Of a stretch of DNA of 56,531 nucleotides, positions 44,245 to 55,084 are shown piece by piece. This DNA is from Bacillota bacterium (lineage in GTDB: Bacteria; Bacillota; Bacilli; Paenibacillales; JBEGSW01), in contig JBEGSW010000045.1 in NCBI GenBank assembly GCA_041179705.1, positions 1-56,531 of the forward strand. Direction: 5' to 3'. Positions within the stretch are counted from its first letter, which is position 1, and every line of letters begins with the position of its first letter. Position numbers and translations under genes: made by a program. The notes beneath the pieces are model-generated. The model had not been told where the DNA came from. It worked only from the letters and a program-made list of their open reading frames with translations, and did not search any database.

Positions 44245-44987
44245 TTATCTGTAAGACAGAAGCAGAACTACAAATTATGCGCGAAGCTGGCAGAATTGTC
44301 GCTTTAACACATAAAAGGTTGGCAGAAGTCATTAAACCAGGTATCACGACTTTAGAACTAGATCAAATCGCTGAGCAGACAATTCGTCAGCATGGGGCAA
44401 TACCATCTTTTAAGGGCTACCATGGTTTTCCTGGAAGCATTTGTGCATCTGTGAATGAAGAACTCGTTCACGGCATTCCTGGTAATCGCGTGTTGAACGA
44501 TGGCGATATCATTAGTATCGACATCGGTGCTCAGTATCAAGGATTTCATGGCGACTCCGCTTGGACGTACGCTGTAGGAACCATCTCAGAAGAAACACAA
44601 CGTCTTCTCGATGTAACTGAACAATCCTTGTATGCAGGACTTCAACAAGCGGCTCCAGACGTACGACTGTATACAATCTCCAACGCGATTCAAACTTGTG
44701 CTGAAGATGCTGGTTTTGCCATCGTTCGTGAATATGTTGGTCATGGCATTGGTTCTGACCTCCATGAAGAACCACAAATTCCGAATTATGGTCCAGCAGA
44801 TCGTGGCCCGCGCTTAAAGCCGGGTATGGTACTTGCAATCGAACCAATGGTCATCGCTGGCCAAAGGTACGTGAAGACGTTGGCAGATAATTGGACCGTT
44901 GTTTCAGTGGATGGCACGATGTGTGCTCATTTTGAACACACGATTGCAATCACGCCTGAAGGTTACGAAATCTTAACAGTATGTTAA
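44241..44987 (+). CDS. map: type I methionine aminopeptidase
   Basis: [33 protein letters not shown]. Confidence 0.98.
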   Translation: MIICKTEAELQIMREAGRIVALTHKRLAEVIKPGITTLELDQIAEQTIRQHGAIPSFKGYHGFPGSICASVNEELVHGIPGNRVLNDGDIISIDIGAQYQGFHGDSAWTYAVGTISEETQRLLDVTEQSLYAGLQQAAPDVRLYTISNAIQTCAEDAGFAIVREYVGHGIGSDLHEEPQIPNYGPADRGPRLKPGMVLAIEPMVIAGQRYVKTLADNWTVVSVDGTMCAHFEHTIAITPEGYEILTVC

Positions 44988-45003
44988 AGGTGAGGTAACG
45001 ATT

Positions 45004-45309
45004 ATGGATGAAGCAAAGAAGCCGAAACTCGGACAGATTGTCAAGTCGATCCAAGGCAGAGACGCGGAGAAATTCGCAATCATCATCGGCATTGTCGATG
45101 AACGCTTTGTATGGACGGCTGACGGCGACAAACGCAAGTTTGATCAGCCAAAAAAGAAGAACTTATCACATCTTGAGCTGCTCGACGAAATTAGCAGTGA
45201 AGTTGTTGAAAGTATGATGGAGAATGGTCGTGTGACGAACGGAAAATTGCGTTATGCACTTAACCGTTTCGGTGATCGGCCGGAAGATGTACAAGAGAAA
45301 GGAGAATGA
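45004..45309 (+). CDS. KOW-domain RNA-binding protein (L14e-like, YbzG-type)
   Basis: [11 protein letters not shown]...[15 protein letters not shown]; conserved position between map and infA. Confidence 0.8.
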   Translation: MDEAKKPKLGQIVKSIQGRDAEKFAIIIGIVDERFVWTADGDKRKFDQPKKKNLSHLELLDEISSEVVESMMENGRVTNGKLRYALNRFGDRPEDVQEKGE

Positions 45310-45311
45310 CT

Positions 45312-45527
45312 GTGTCCAAAGAAGATATTATTGAAGTTGAAGGTACAGTGATTGAACCTCTCCCAAATGCAACGTTCAGAGTGGAATTGGAGAACGGCCA
45401 CCAAATACTCGCACATGTATCTGGCAAACTAAGAATGCATTTCATTCGAATTTTGACTGGAGATAAGGTTGTCATTCAAATGTCACCTTACGACTTAACT
45501 AAGGGCCGAATCACCTATCGAAAATAG
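45312..45527 (+). CDS. infA: translation initiation factor IF-1
   Basis: [28 protein letters not shown]; GTG 45312 likely start. Confidence 0.98.
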   Translation: MSKEDIIEVEGTVIEPLPNATFRVELENGHQILAHVSGKLRMHFIRILTGDKVVIQMSPYDLTKGRITYRK

Positions 45528-45540
45528 TGGAATCGGTTAG

Positions 45541-45666
<126 letters not shown>

Positions 45667-45681
45667 GGAGGTGTCTTAAAC

Positions 45682-46047
45682 ATGGCTCGTATAGCTGGTG
45701 TAGACTTGCCTCGCGACAAGCGTGTTGAGATCGGTTTAACTTACATTTTCGGAATTGGTTTAACTACTTCCAAGAAAATTTTAGCTGAAACTGGTATCAG
45801 CCCTGCAACTCGCGTGCGCGATTTGACTGAAGACGAAGTAAGCAAAATTCGTGAAGTTATTTCTTCTATTAAAGTAGAAGGTGACTTGCGTCGTGAAGTA
45901 TCGCTTAACATTAAGCGTCTGATTGAGATTGGCTGTTACCGTGGTGTCCGCCATCGTCGTGGATTACCTGTTCGTGGTCAACGTACTAAGACAAATGCGC
46001 GTACTCGTAAGGGTCCTCGCCGCACTGTAGCGAATAAAAAGAAATAA
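45682..46047 (+). CDS. rpsM: 30S ribosomal protein S13
   Basis: [24 protein letters not shown]. Confidence 0.99.
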   Translation: MARIAGVDLPRDKRVEIGLTYIFGIGLTTSKKILAETGISPATRVRDLTEDEVSKIREVISSIKVEGDLRREVSLNIKRLIEIGCYRGVRHRRGLPVRGQRTKTNARTRKGPRRTVANKKK

Positions 46048-46065
46048 TGAAAGGGTGAAATAATA

Positions 46066-46464
46066 ATGGCTAAACCAAAAGCAAAAGTGGCTCGTACAAA
46101 ACGTCGTGACCGCAAAAATATAGAATCCGGTGTAGCACACATCCGTTCTACATTTAACAATACGATCGTGACTATCACTGATCCACACGGCAATGCCATC
46201 TCTTGGGCGAGTGCTGGAAACCTTGGTTTCAGAGGCTCCCGTAAGAGCACCCCATTCGCTGCGCAAATGGCTGCTGAAACTGCAGCTAAAGCGGCGATGG
46301 AGCATGGTATGAAAGTCGTTGAGGTCATGGTTAAGGGACCAGGATCCGGTCGTGAAGCAGCGATTCGTTCGTTGCAAGCAGCTGGCCTTGAAGTAAATAT
46401 GATTAAAGACGTTACACCGATTCCTCATAACGGTTGTCGTCCACCGAAACGTCGTCGCGTGTAA
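46066..46464 (+). CDS. rpsK: 30S ribosomal protein S11
   Basis: [30 protein letters not shown]. Confidence 0.99.
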   Translation: MAKPKAKVARTKRRDRKNIESGVAHIRSTFNNTIVTITDPHGNAISWASAGNLGFRGSRKSTPFAAQMAAETAAKAAMEHGMKVVEVMVKGPGSGREAAIRSLQAAGLEVNMIKDVTPIPHNGCRPPKRRRV

Positions 46465-46592
46465 TCGAAGATTTTCCGTGTAGTATATTTTCACTCATTT
46501 CGTGAATAATGGAATATTAAAGAGGATATACTACACAGTTACGAATTTAGAAAACATTCCGAAACAACGACGGTTTGAGGAGGGTAATGGCA

Positions 46593-47537
46593 ATGTTGGA
46601 AATCGAAAAACCAAAGATTGAAACTGTTGAACTAAACAATGAAGGTACATATGGGAAATTCGTTGTAGAACCGTTAACTCGTGGCTACGGAACGACTCTA
46701 GGTAACTCATTGCGTCGCATGCTTTTGTCTTCTTTGCCAGGTGCTGCGGCAACTTCTGTGCAAATTGACGGTGTGCTTCATGAGTTCTCAACGATTCCTG
46801 GCGTTATTGAAGACGTTACAGAAATCATTTTGAATATCAAAGGCCTTTCCCTCAAAATCCATTCCGACGAAGAGAAGGTTTTGGAAATTGATGCACAAGG
46901 CGAAGGCATTATCACTGCTGGTGATATTCGTACAGATTCCGATGTTGAAATTCTGAATCCAGAACTTCACATTGCGACTTTAGGCGAAGGCGCAAGCTTG
47001 AATATGCGAATTTTTGCTAACCGTGGTCGTGGCTACGTTTCCGCTGATCGTAACAAACGTGATGATCAACCAATCGGAGTAATTCCAATTGATTCCATCT
47101 ACACGCCAATTACTCGCGTAAACTACAATGTTGAGAATACTCGCGTTGGACAAGTTACGAACTTCGACAAGTTGACTTTAGAAGTATGGTCTGATGGCTC
47201 CATCAAGCCAGACGAAGCAGTCAGCATTGGTGCGCAAATCTTAAACGATCATCTCCTGTTGTTCGTTGATCTTACAGATGCAGGTCCGAAAAGTCCTGTT
47301 CTTGTAGATCCACCAACAGATCCTACGAAAGGCGTATTGGATATGTCCATTGAAGAATTGGATCTTTCCGTACGCTCATACAACTGCCTTAAACGTGCTG
47401 GCATCAATTCCGTACAAGAACTTATCACAAAGTCCGAAGACGATATGATGAAAGTGCGTAACTTGGGACGCAAATCTCTTGAAGAAGTTCAAGAAAAGCT
47501 CGAAGAACTCGGCTTAGGTTTGCGCCAAGAAGATTAA
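46593..47537 (+). CDS. rpoA: DNA-directed RNA polymerase subunit alpha
   Basis: [40 protein letters not shown]; ATG 46593 after SD ggaggg. Confidence 0.99.
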   Translation: MLEIEKPKIETVELNNEGTYGKFVVEPLTRGYGTTLGNSLRRMLLSSLPGAAATSVQIDGVLHEFSTIPGVIEDVTEIILNIKGLSLKIHSDEEKVLEIDAQGEGIITAGDIRTDSDVEILNPELHIATLGEGASLNMRIFANRGRGYVSADRNKRDDQPIGVIPIDSIYTPITRVNYNVENTRVGQVTNFDKLTLEVWSDGSIKPDEAVSIGAQILNDHLLLFVDLTDAGPKSPVLVDPPTDPTKGVLDMSIEELDLSVRSYNCLKRAGINSVQELITKSEDDMMKVRNLGRKSLEEVQEKLEELGLGLRQED

Positions 47538-47556
47538 GAGCGAAGGAGGAAATACA

Positions 47557-47922
47557 ATGGCATATCAAAAATTAGGCCGCGACTCCAGTGGACGTAAAGC
47601 TTTGTTCCGCGACTTGGTAACAGACTTGTTCATTTATGAGCGCATTCAAACAACTGAAGCGAAAGCAAAAGAAGTTCGCTCTATCGCTGAAAAGTTGATC
47701 ACGTTGGCTAAACGTGGTGACTTGCACGCTCGTCGTCAAGTAGCCGCTTTCGTTCGTCGTGAAGCAGCTGGCAACGATCAAGATGCAATTCAAAAGCTCT
47801 TCTCAGATATCGCAGCTCGTTACGCAGACCGTCCAGGCGGATACACTCGTATTCTTAAACTTGGTGCGCGTCGTGGTGACGGTGCTCCTATGGTATTCTT
47901 GGAGTTAGTAGAAAAAGCTTAA
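47557..47922 (+). CDS. rplQ: 50S ribosomal protein L17
   Basis: [29 protein letters not shown]. Confidence 0.99.
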   Translation: MAYQKLGRDSSGRKALFRDLVTDLFIYERIQTTEAKAKEVRSIAEKLITLAKRGDLHARRQVAAFVRREAAGNDQDAIQKLFSDIAARYADRPGGYTRILKLGARRGDGAPMVFLELVEKA

Positions 47923-47934
47923 GATCAACAAATC

Positions 47935-47980
47935 AAAAGGGTGGACAGAATCCTAGATTCTGATGAAGCCCTTTTTTTGT
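47935..47980 (+). terminator. terminator at end of alpha operon
   Basis: aaaagggt..cagaatc-cta-gattctg..gcccttttttt. Confidence 0.75.
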
Positions 47981-47994
47981 CGGAGGGACTTCGG

Positions 47995-48786
47995 GTGGAA
48001 GCGGAATGGAGAAAAATCGCGTTACTTGTCAGTTATGACGGGTCCGATTTCCAAGGTTTTCAATCGCAACCGCAAGGTGGCACGATTCAAGATCACTTGG
48101 AGGAAGCAATCGAACGAACGACTGGCTTCCGACCAAGAGTGGATGGTTCTGGACGAACGGATGCAGGTGTACATGCAAGAATGCAGGTTGTCACATTCAC
48201 AACTCCTTCTCAAATGCCGGCTAGGCGTTGGAAAGTTGCTTTGCAACATTACTTACCTCGCACAATCGTGGTAGTAGGAGCAGCGGATGTCGATGAACAC
48301 TTTCATGCGCGTAAATCAGCAATCAGAAAGACATATCGTTATTCGATTTATCATTCTGAACGAACACCAGACGTATTTCAACAACGCTTCCAACACCATG
48401 TTCCACAAACCCTCAATATCGAAGCAATGCGAAATGCATTGCCGGCATTAATTGGGACGCATGACTTCGCAACATTCCAAGCGAGTGGTTCTGCGAAAGT
48501 AAATACTATCCGTACATTGCATCATGTCACACTAACAACGCTGCCTGACAGCTACGGAAGACCAGATCGCGTTTTATGTCTTGAACTTTGCGGCGATGGA
48601 TTTTTATATAAAATGGTACGGATCATTGCCGGAACGTTACTAGACATCGGTCTTGGGAAAAAGCAGCCTGAACAAATGGCAGCAATTATTGAATCAAGAA
48701 ATCGAAATATGGCACGTACAACAGCGCCTGCAAAAGGCCTCATCCTGTGGGATGTCGAGTATGAGGAACCAATAAGTTTTTCTTGA
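47995..48786 (+). CDS. truA: tRNA pseudouridine(38-40) synthase
   Basis: SYDGSDFQGFQ, GSGRTDAGVHA, FHAR, GFLYKMVR, TAPAKGL; GTG 47995 after SD ggaggg (upstream GTG lies inside the terminator). Confidence 0.95.
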   Translation: MEAEWRKIALLVSYDGSDFQGFQSQPQGGTIQDHLEEAIERTTGFRPRVDGSGRTDAGVHARMQVVTFTTPSQMPARRWKVALQHYLPRTIVVVGAADVDEHFHARKSAIRKTYRYSIYHSERTPDVFQQRFQHHVPQTLNIEAMRNALPALIGTHDFATFQASGSAKVNTIRTLHHVTLTTLPDSYGRPDRVLCLELCGDGFLYKMVRIIAGTLLDIGLGKKQPEQMAAIIESRNRNMARTTAPAKGLILWDVEYEEPISFS

Positions 48787-48811
48787 TTCCTATTTAAAAT
48801 TCTAGTATTAT
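48783..48811 (+). promoter_or_regulatory. sigma-A type promoter for rplM-rpsI
   Basis: TTGATT-17bp-TATTAT. Confidence 0.6.
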
Positions 48812-48817
48812 AGTCTT

Positions 48818-48929
48818 TGGCTTTCTAAATCGGCTTCCCACGCCCCACTTTAGAAGTGTCTACTGACTTTGTCCTCGCTTCAAGGACAATCTACTTATTG
48901 AAACGATAATAAAGGAGGATTTCGATCCG
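48818..48929 (+). promoter_or_regulatory. putative L13 (rplM) leader
   Basis: ~110-nt leader with ttctaaa/tttagaa stem enclosing ccacgcccc, plus a ttgtcct/aggacaa hairpin, upstream of rplM. Confidence 0.55.
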
Positions 48930-49367
48930 ATGCGTACAACTTTCATGGCGAAAGCTAACGAAACAGACCGTAATTGGTGGATCGTCGACGCTGAAGGCCA
49001 GACTCTAGGTCGCCTTGCAAGCGAAGTCGCTGCCCTAATTCGCGGCAAACATAAACCTACATTTACACCACACGTTGATGGTGGCGACTTTGTAGTCGTA
49101 ATCAACGCTGCTAAAATCGAGCTTACAGGTAAGAAATTATCTGACAAGAAATACTATCGTCACTCCATGCACCCAGGTGGTTTGAAAGTAACAACTGCTG
49201 GTGATTTGCGTGCGAAATTCCCTGAGCGTATGATTGAGTTTGCTGTTCACGGCATGCTTCCAAAAAATCGCCTTGGTGACAAATTAAAGACTAAACTTAA
49301 AGTTTATGCTGGTAGCGAACATCCGCATGCAGCGCAAAATCCACAAGTATACGAGCTTCGCGGCTAA
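48930..49367 (+). CDS. rplM: 50S ribosomal protein L13
   Basis: [30 protein letters not shown]. Confidence 0.99.
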   Translation: MRTTFMAKANETDRNWWIVDAEGQTLGRLASEVAALIRGKHKPTFTPHVDGGDFVVVINAAKIELTGKKLSDKKYYRHSMHPGGLKVTTAGDLRAKFPERMIEFAVHGMLPKNRLGDKLKTKLKVYAGSEHPHAAQNPQVYELRG

Positions 49368-49385
49368 GAAAGGTAGGAATGCACA

Positions 49386-49778
49386 ATGGCACAAGTACAA
49401 TATTATGGCACTGGTCGTCGTAAACATTCCGTTGCTCGCGTACGTTTGGTACCGGGCGAAGGACGCATTGTAATTAACAAGCGTTCTTTGGATGAATACT
49501 TCGGTCTTGAAACATTGAAACTTATTGTTAAACAACCACTTAACCTTACTGAAACATTGGGTAAATACGATGTATTAGTAAACACAAATGGTGGTGGATA
49601 CACAGGTCAAGCAGGTGCGATCCGTCACGGTATCGCTCGTGCATTGCTTAAAGTTGATCCTGAATTACGCGGTTCTTTGAAACGTGCAGGATTCTTGACG
49701 CGTGACCCTCGTATGAAAGAACGTAAGAAGTACGGCTTAAAAGCAGCTCGTCGTGCGCCTCAGTTCTCCAAACGTTAA
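49386..49778 (+). CDS. rpsI: 30S ribosomal protein S9
   Basis: [26 protein letters not shown]. Confidence 0.99.
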   Translation: MAQVQYYGTGRRKHSVARVRLVPGEGRIVINKRSLDEYFGLETLKLIVKQPLNLTETLGKYDVLVNTNGGGYTGQAGAIRHGIARALLKVDPELRGSLKRAGFLTRDPRMKERKKYGLKAARRAPQFSKR

Positions 49779-49789
49779 TTTTTACAACC

Positions 49790-49829
49790 AAGCCTTCTCT
49801 GGTTATTCAGAGAGGGCTTTTATTTTTTT
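49790..49829 (+). terminator. intrinsic terminator after rpsI
   Basis: aagccttctctg...cagagagggctt + T tract. Confidence 0.85.
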
Positions 49830-49845
49830 AAATCTATATTTACGG

Positions 49846-49873
49846 TTGACAAACTTTCAAGAAATCCTATAAT
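49846..49873 (+). promoter_or_regulatory. consensus sigma-A promoter for cysH-sat
   Basis: TTGACA-16bp-TATAAT. Confidence 0.85.
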
Positions 49874-49888
49874 AAGAATATTCGCAGT

Positions 49889-49913
49889 AATTCATACTAG
49901 TTAACTAGGAATT
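49889..49913. promoter_or_regulatory. putative CymR box
   Basis: AATTCATACTAGTTAACTAGGAATT dyad between promoter and SD of a sulfate-assimilation operon; resembles the CymR consensus ending GGAATT. Confidence 0.65.
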
Positions 49914-49934
49914 AAATTTTAGGAGGATATATTT

Positions 49935-50627
49935 ATGAACTTATTCGAAAAAGAAGCTTTTGTTAATAAAGCTGCAGAAGAGTTTGAGAACAAAACACCG
50001 CAAGAATTGCTAAAGTTCGCAGTTGAGCAATTCCCTAGTCTTACATTAGCGTGCAGTTTTGGTGCGGAAGACGTTGTGTTGGTGGACATGTTGCACAAAA
50101 TCAGCCCATCTACTGATGTATTCTATTTAGATACTGATTTCCACTTCCCTGAAACCTATGAAACGCGCGATCGCTTAGCAGCACATTACAACAAGACATT
50201 CGTAAAGGCGCAGACAAGCACAACTCCGGAACAACAAGCGGAGAAGTTCGGTGCAGAGCTTTGGAAATCCGATCCTAACGCTTGCTGTAACATCCGCAAA
50301 GTTGAGCCTTTGACGGAAATTCTTGGTAAATACGATGCATGGATCACAGGCATTCGTCGTGACCAAGCACCTACTCGTGCAAATGCGAAAAAAGTTGAGT
50401 ATGACGCGAAATTTGGTTTAATCAAATTCAATCCACTAGCTGGTTGGACATGGGAAGACGTATGGGCGTACATCAAAGAAAATGACGTAATCTACAACCC
50501 ATTGCACGATAACCACTATCCAAGTATCGGTTGCAGCTACTGCACGCGCCAAGTAATGCCAGGTGAAGATCCACGCGCTGGCCGTTGGTCTGGAAACGAT
50601 AAGACAGAATGCGGCTTACACAAATAG
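49935..50627 (+). CDS. cysH: APS/PAPS reductase (Fe-S type)
   Basis: SFGAEDVVL, CC motif (NACCNIRK), SIGCSYCT, C-terminal ECGLH. Confidence 0.95.
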   Translation: MNLFEKEAFVNKAAEEFENKTPQELLKFAVEQFPSLTLACSFGAEDVVLVDMLHKISPSTDVFYLDTDFHFPETYETRDRLAAHYNKTFVKAQTSTTPEQQAEKFGAELWKSDPNACCNIRKVEPLTEILGKYDAWITGIRRDQAPTRANAKKVEYDAKFGLIKFNPLAGWTWEDVWAYIKENDVIYNPLHDNHYPSIGCSYCTRQVMPGEDPRAGRWSGNDKTECGLHK

Positions 50628-50657
50628 GATTGAATTCGGTTAAAGAGGAGATTAATC

Positions 50658-51833
50658 ATGTCGAACATTAAACCCCATGGTGGGACATTGGTAAATCGCT
50701 TGGTTGAGGGAGCAGAGCGCGATGCTTTGTTACAAGTTGCCGCTGGTTTACCACAATTGCAAGTGAATAACTGGACGATTTCGGACATCGACTGTATCGC
50801 AGTTGGGGCGTTTTCTCCATTGACAGGCTTTTTAAATGAAGCAGACTACAAATCGGTTGTTGATAATATGCGTTTGGCAAACGGCCTTGCATGGAGTATC
50901 CCGGTAACATTATCTGTTGATAAACCATTCGCAGATAAATTGTCAATTGGCAATCAGGTTGCTCTTGTGGGTTCAGATGAAGTAACGTATGCGATTTTAA
51001 ACGTTGAGAGCATCTACACAGTTGACCAACAACATGAAGCAGTTAACGTATTCAAAACGGACGACCATGCTCATCCAGGCGTAACAAAATTATTCTCACG
51101 TTCTAACATTTATGTAGGTGGTTCAATCCAAGTATTAAATCGTCCACAACCAAATGAATTCCGCGAGTTCTATTTCGATCCGGCTGATACGCGCAAAATT
51201 TTTGCTGACAAAGGTTGGAAGACCGTTGTTGGATTCCAAACGCGCAATCCGGTTCACCGTGCACATGAGTACATTCAAAAAGCAGCAATGGAAATCGTTG
51301 ATGGTTTGTTCTTGAATCCGCTAGTTGGCGAAACAAAATCAGACGATATCGCAGCTGACGTTCGTATGCGCAGCTATTTAGTATTGCTTGAGAACTACTA
51401 TCCAGAAAATCGCGTTCACCTTGGCGTTTTCCCTGCTGCAATGCGTTATGCAGGTCCGCGTGAAGCGATCTTCCACGCATTAGTGCGCAAAAACTATGGC
51501 TGCACACACTTCATCGTTGGTCGTGACCACGCTGGCGTAGGTGACTACTATGGTACGTATGAAGCACAAGAAATCTTCAGCAACTTTACAGCACAAGAAT
51601 TAGACATCACACCTTTGTTCTTCGAACATAGTTTCTTCTGTAAGAAATGTGGGAACATGGCTTCCAGCAAGACTTGTCCACATGGCAAAGAAGATCATAT
51701 GACACTTTCAGGAACAAAAGTGCGCGCCCTTCTTCGTGATGGGGAATGTCCACCACCGGAATTCAGCCGTCCAGAAGTAGCAAAAGTACTTATCGAAGGT
51801 ATGAAAGAAGCCATTGTTGAAAGTGGCCTCTAA
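50658..51833 (+). CDS. sat: sulfate adenylyltransferase
   Basis: [42 protein letters not shown]. Confidence 0.97.
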   Translation: MSNIKPHGGTLVNRLVEGAERDALLQVAAGLPQLQVNNWTISDIDCIAVGAFSPLTGFLNEADYKSVVDNMRLANGLAWSIPVTLSVDKPFADKLSIGNQVALVGSDEVTYAILNVESIYTVDQQHEAVNVFKTDDHAHPGVTKLFSRSNIYVGGSIQVLNRPQPNEFREFYFDPADTRKIFADKGWKTVVGFQTRNPVHRAHEYIQKAAMEIVDGLFLNPLVGETKSDDIAADVRMRSYLVLLENYYPENRVHLGVFPAAMRYAGPREAIFHALVRKNYGCTHFIVGRDHAGVGDYYGTYEAQEIFSNFTAQELDITPLFFEHSFFCKKCGNMASSKTCPHGKEDHMTLSGTKVRALLRDGECPPPEFSRPEVAKVLIEGMKEAIVESGL

Positions 51834-51840
51834 GTTATAT

Positions 51841-51870
51841 TCATAATCTAGCACCCTGTCCCATATAGAT
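51841..51870 (+). promoter_or_regulatory. putative sigma-E sporulation promoter of cwlD
   Basis: TCATAAT-14bp-CATATAGAT matches sigE consensus; cwlD is sigE-controlled in B. subtilis. Confidence 0.6.
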
Positions 51871-51899
51871 GAAACATTCTATATAGGTGGGGTGTTTTT

Positions 51900-52661
51900 T
51901 TGTTGAAATGGTGGAGGCGTAAACATATCGTCGTTTGGCTAACCCTACGCGGGAAAATCAAACTTGCCTGGACGAGCGTAGCGATACTAGCACTCATTAC
52001 AATGTTGGTCTATCAGCCAATCCTAACGCATACCTGGAAAGACAACCGACCACTTGCTCATCAAGTGATTGTTCTGGATGCAGGGCACGGCGGAAAAGAC
52101 GGTGGCGCAATTGCTGCAGATGGCACAAATGAGAAAGACATTACATTGCAAATTGCGAAAAAATTGCAACACTATTTGCAACAAGCGGGTGCCAGTGTCT
52201 ATTTAACTCGAACGGATGATGAGGACTTGGCTGGCAACGGAAAAATCACCAATCGGAAAAGGGCCGATTTAAAAAATAGGTTGAAGTTTATTAAAGAAAA
52301 AGAAGCGGACATGGTCATCTCGATTCATCTCAACGCAATGTTTAATCCCAAATGGAGAGGGGCTCAGACATTTTATGATGAGAAAACAAATGAAACAAAT
52401 GAGCAACTTGCTACATGGATCCAAGATGCATTCATCTTAGAGTTGAAGAACACGACCCGACTTGCTAAACCGTTACCTAAACCAGTGTATTTGTTACAAA
52501 AAATATCTGTTCCTGCAGTATTGGTTGAATGCGGATTTTTATCTAATGTAGAAGAAGCCCATTTATTGAAGCAAGCCGATTACCAATTACAAATAGCAGA
52601 ATCAATTTACCGTGGCGTTTTGCGTTACAGTTTAGAAGTAGGCTATAATGACAAAGAATAA
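51900..52661 (+). CDS. cwlD: germination-specific N-acetylmuramoyl-L-alanine amidase
   Basis: N-terminal TM, IVLDAGHGGKDGGA, EKDITL, ISIHLNA, WRGAQTFY, LVECGFLSN; synteny with mrp-gerD. Confidence 0.9.
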   Translation: MLKWWRRKHIVVWLTLRGKIKLAWTSVAILALITMLVYQPILTHTWKDNRPLAHQVIVLDAGHGGKDGGAIAADGTNEKDITLQIAKKLQHYLQQAGASVYLTRTDDEDLAGNGKITNRKRADLKNRLKFIKEKEADMVISIHLNAMFNPKWRGAQTFYDEKTNETNEQLATWIQDAFILELKNTTRLAKPLPKPVYLLQKISVPAVLVECGFLSNVEEAHLLKQADYQLQIAESIYRGVLRYSLEVGYNDKE

Positions 52662-52694
52662 GTAAAGAGAGATTGGAACGGAGTGAACTGGTGT

Positions 52695-53789
52695 ATGTTA
52701 ACAAAAGAACAATGGTTAGAACAATGTGCTGAACTGATTGAACCGTCAGTTGGCGTCAACCTTGTAGAATACCAATTGATACGTGATGTCATGATTCAAA
52801 AAGATCGCATCGCAATGACCGTTATATTGTCGGAACGAACGGACGAAATCGAAGCAAATGTGCGTGAGCAGATTAAGACGATTGCTGAATCAACGTATCA
52901 GACGGATGTTCATGTGCGATTTCGCGAATTGACGGATGCGGAGCGTGCGGAGTTGCTTGCGAAGTTGAATGGTGAACCTACGCCTGCGCCGAAACAAAAG
53001 ACACATGCGGATTTTGTGAAGTCAGACATATTGAGCGCCGATTCCAAAGTGAAGTTTCTTGCAGTGGCGAGTGGTAAAGGTGGCGTTGGGAAATCAACGG
53101 TTACTGCGAATCTTGCCGTGTCGCTTGCGCGACAAGGGTTGAAAGTTGGTTTAATTGATGCTGACATTTATGGGTTTAGTATTCCAGACATGATGGGGAT
53201 TACCGATCGTCCGACGATGGATGAAGCGAACAAGGTTATTCCAGTCGAGCGTTATGGTGTTAAAGTCATCTCGATGGGCTTTTTCGTTGAGGACAACTCG
53301 CCAGTCATTTGGCGCGGCCCGATGCTTGGAAAAATGCTTCGCAACTTCTTCCATGAAGTAAATTGGGGCGATTTGGATGTCCTGTTGCTCGACTTACCAC
53401 CTGGAACAGGTGATGTGGCCCTTGATTTGCACCAAATGATTCCACAATGTAAAGAAATCATCGTTACAACACCACATGCGACCGCATCATTTGTTGCAGC
53501 GCGTGCAGGTACGATGGCTGTATCGACAAACCACGAAATTATTGGTGTCGTTGAAAATATGGCTTACTACCAATGTGGACCATGTGGAGCGAAAGACTAT
53601 GTCTTCGGACGCGGTGGTGGTGCGAAACTTGCAGAAGAGTTACACACTGAAATCTTGGCGCAAATCCCATTAGGGGCACCTGACAATCATCCCTCTGAAC
53701 GCGACTTCTCCCCTTCTGTATATAAAGCAGAAAGTACAACTGGCCAAATCTACATGGATGCGGCGAAACGGATTATCGACAAACTATAA
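52695..53789 (+). CDS. salA: Mrp/NBP35-family P-loop ATPase (SalA/ApbC-like)
   Basis: ASGKGGVGKST, DADIYGFS, WRGPM, DLPPGTGD, GVVENM; between cwlD and gerD. Confidence 0.85.
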   Translation: MLTKEQWLEQCAELIEPSVGVNLVEYQLIRDVMIQKDRIAMTVILSERTDEIEANVREQIKTIAESTYQTDVHVRFRELTDAERAELLAKLNGEPTPAPKQKTHADFVKSDILSADSKVKFLAVASGKGGVGKSTVTANLAVSLARQGLKVGLIDADIYGFSIPDMMGITDRPTMDEANKVIPVERYGVKVISMGFFVEDNSPVIWRGPMLGKMLRNFFHEVNWGDLDVLLLDLPPGTGDVALDLHQMIPQCKEIIVTTPHATASFVAARAGTMAVSTNHEIIGVVENMAYYQCGPCGAKDYVFGRGGGAKLAEELHTEILAQIPLGAPDNHPSERDFSPSVYKAESTTGQIYMDAAKRIIDKL

Positions 53790-53793
53790 TTGA

Positions 53794-53837
53794 ACGGACC
53801 AATGATCAGTGCCCCAAGCACTTCCTCATTGGTCCGT
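53794..53837. terminator. hairpin between convergent mrp and gerD
   Basis: acggaccaatga...tcattggtccgt 12-bp stem overlapping the gerD stop codon. Confidence 0.6.
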
Positions 53838-54377
53838 CTTTGCTTTCATCATCAATTGAACGAGCTCCATCTTAAATTTGGGAACACTCAACGCTTCTTC
53901 AAAAATTTTCATCGCTTCTTTCCGGTACGTCTTCCCACGTAATACTTCTAATAGAAGTTGCTCGTATTCTTTATCCTTCATCACACCAAGCAGCATACTC
54001 TGATATTCGGGATCTTTCAGCATCGTTTTGAACAAAGCCTTATTTTCTTTCTCAATTGCTTTCGCGTAACTCGCGGCAAATCTAGGGTCGGTCATTATCT
54101 TCTTTAACATATCGGGATAGCGCGGATCGGTCATCACATCTTTCACGGCTGTACGAATAACGGTAGCGTCGGCGCCCTGCATCACTGAATTCGATTTAAA
54201 GGACTGCCCCTCACTAATGGCTTTTCGTCCGTCTTCCGACTTCAAAATATCCAAGACCATCGTTTTTGTTTCCTTGTAACTGGAAGTGCCGCTTGTCTGC
54301 GATGCTTCCATTCCACAACCGGATACCAACGACATACCGAGCAAAACGCTGCCACACACGATTACGACTTTCTTCAT
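53826..54377 (-). CDS. gerD: spore germination lipoprotein GerD
   Basis: Lipobox LVSGC, YKETKTMVLDILKSEDGRKAI, LKDPEYQ; synteny. Confidence 0.9.
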   Translation of the reverse strand: MKKVVIVCGSVLLGMSLVSGCGMEASQTSGTSSYKETKTMVLDILKSEDGRKAISEGQSFKSNSVMQGADATVIRTAVKDVMTDPRYPDMLKKIMTDPRFAASYAKAIEKENKALFKTMLKDPEYQSMLLGVMKDKEYEQLLLEVLRGKTYRKEAMKIFEEALSVPKFKMELVQLMMKAKTDQ

Positions 54378-54410
54378 ACGGACACCCCTCGTTTCGCAAC
54401 CTCGTCCATG

Positions 54411-54439
54411 TAGTATGAAGAAATTTTGAAAAAATATAC
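54411..54439 (-). promoter_or_regulatory. sigma-G forespore promoter of gerD
   Basis: Minus strand GTATA-17bp-CATACTA, consensus sigG. Confidence 0.8.
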
Positions 54440-54487
54440 GTCAGTTGGTACAATAAAGAGCAGAATCGCACTTAGGAGGAATCATCT

Positions 54488-55084
54488 TTGAATTTACGAA
54501 ATTGGTGGTATTTGTTTTGGTCTACGTTAGTCGTTGGCGGAATTACTGCATTTTTAACCTCATTTGTCTTAATGATCAGCGATGCGCGTTTTCTAGAAGA
54601 GTTAACAGCAGGCGGATTTATTTTTAATGGAATCAATTTTTTTGGATCGGGTCTCATGTATAGTGTATTTTCACAGATGGGATTTTTCGCATACTTAATG
54701 ATTAACTACATCGCCTTGTCAATTATTAGAAGAATGGAACTTTGGAAAGTCGTGCAAGTCATTCTGACCATCGTTGTCTTGGTTGATCTCGTTGTCTTGC
54801 CTGTGATTCAATTTGAATCACCGAAAGCATGGTATGTATATTTAGTTATTCCTGTGTTACTCTCTATCGGAGCATTTGTCGTTGGGTACTATAAAGTGAA
54901 AGCAACAAATCAGAGCGCATGGATTCCTACACTATTCTTTATGATTGCTGCAACGGCAATCGAAGCGGTACCCGCATTGAAGGTCGACCACTTCGCTGAC
55001 ATTGCGCAGATGATGATTCCGTTGTTCGCTTGTAATGCATGGCAAATTTTACAACTTCACAAATTGGTTCGTAAACCATCTTAA
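54488..55084 (+). CDS. kbaA: KinB-signalling pathway activation protein
   Basis: Polytopic membrane protein; SVFSQMGFFAYL, KVKATNQSAWIPTLFFM, ACNAWQILQLH. Confidence 0.9.
   Translation: MNLRNWWYLFWSTLVVGGITAFLTSFVLMISDARFLEELTAGGFIFNGINFFGSGLMYSVFSQMGFFAYLMINYIALSIIRRMELWKVVQVILTIVVLVDLVVLPVIQFESPKAWYVYLVIPVLLSIGAFVVGYYKVKATNQSAWIPTLFFMIAATAIEAVPALKVDHFADIAQMMIPLFACNAWQILQLHKLVRKPS

Noticed and set aside
46465-46592. rpsD missing between rpsK and rpoA
   Set aside because: Normal for Bacillales, where rpsD is encoded elsewhere
47923-47994. ecfA1-ecfA2-ecfT absent between rplQ and truA
   Set aside because: Differs from B. subtilis, but to my knowledge the direct rplQ-truA junction is common in Paenibacillaceae; no remnant visible
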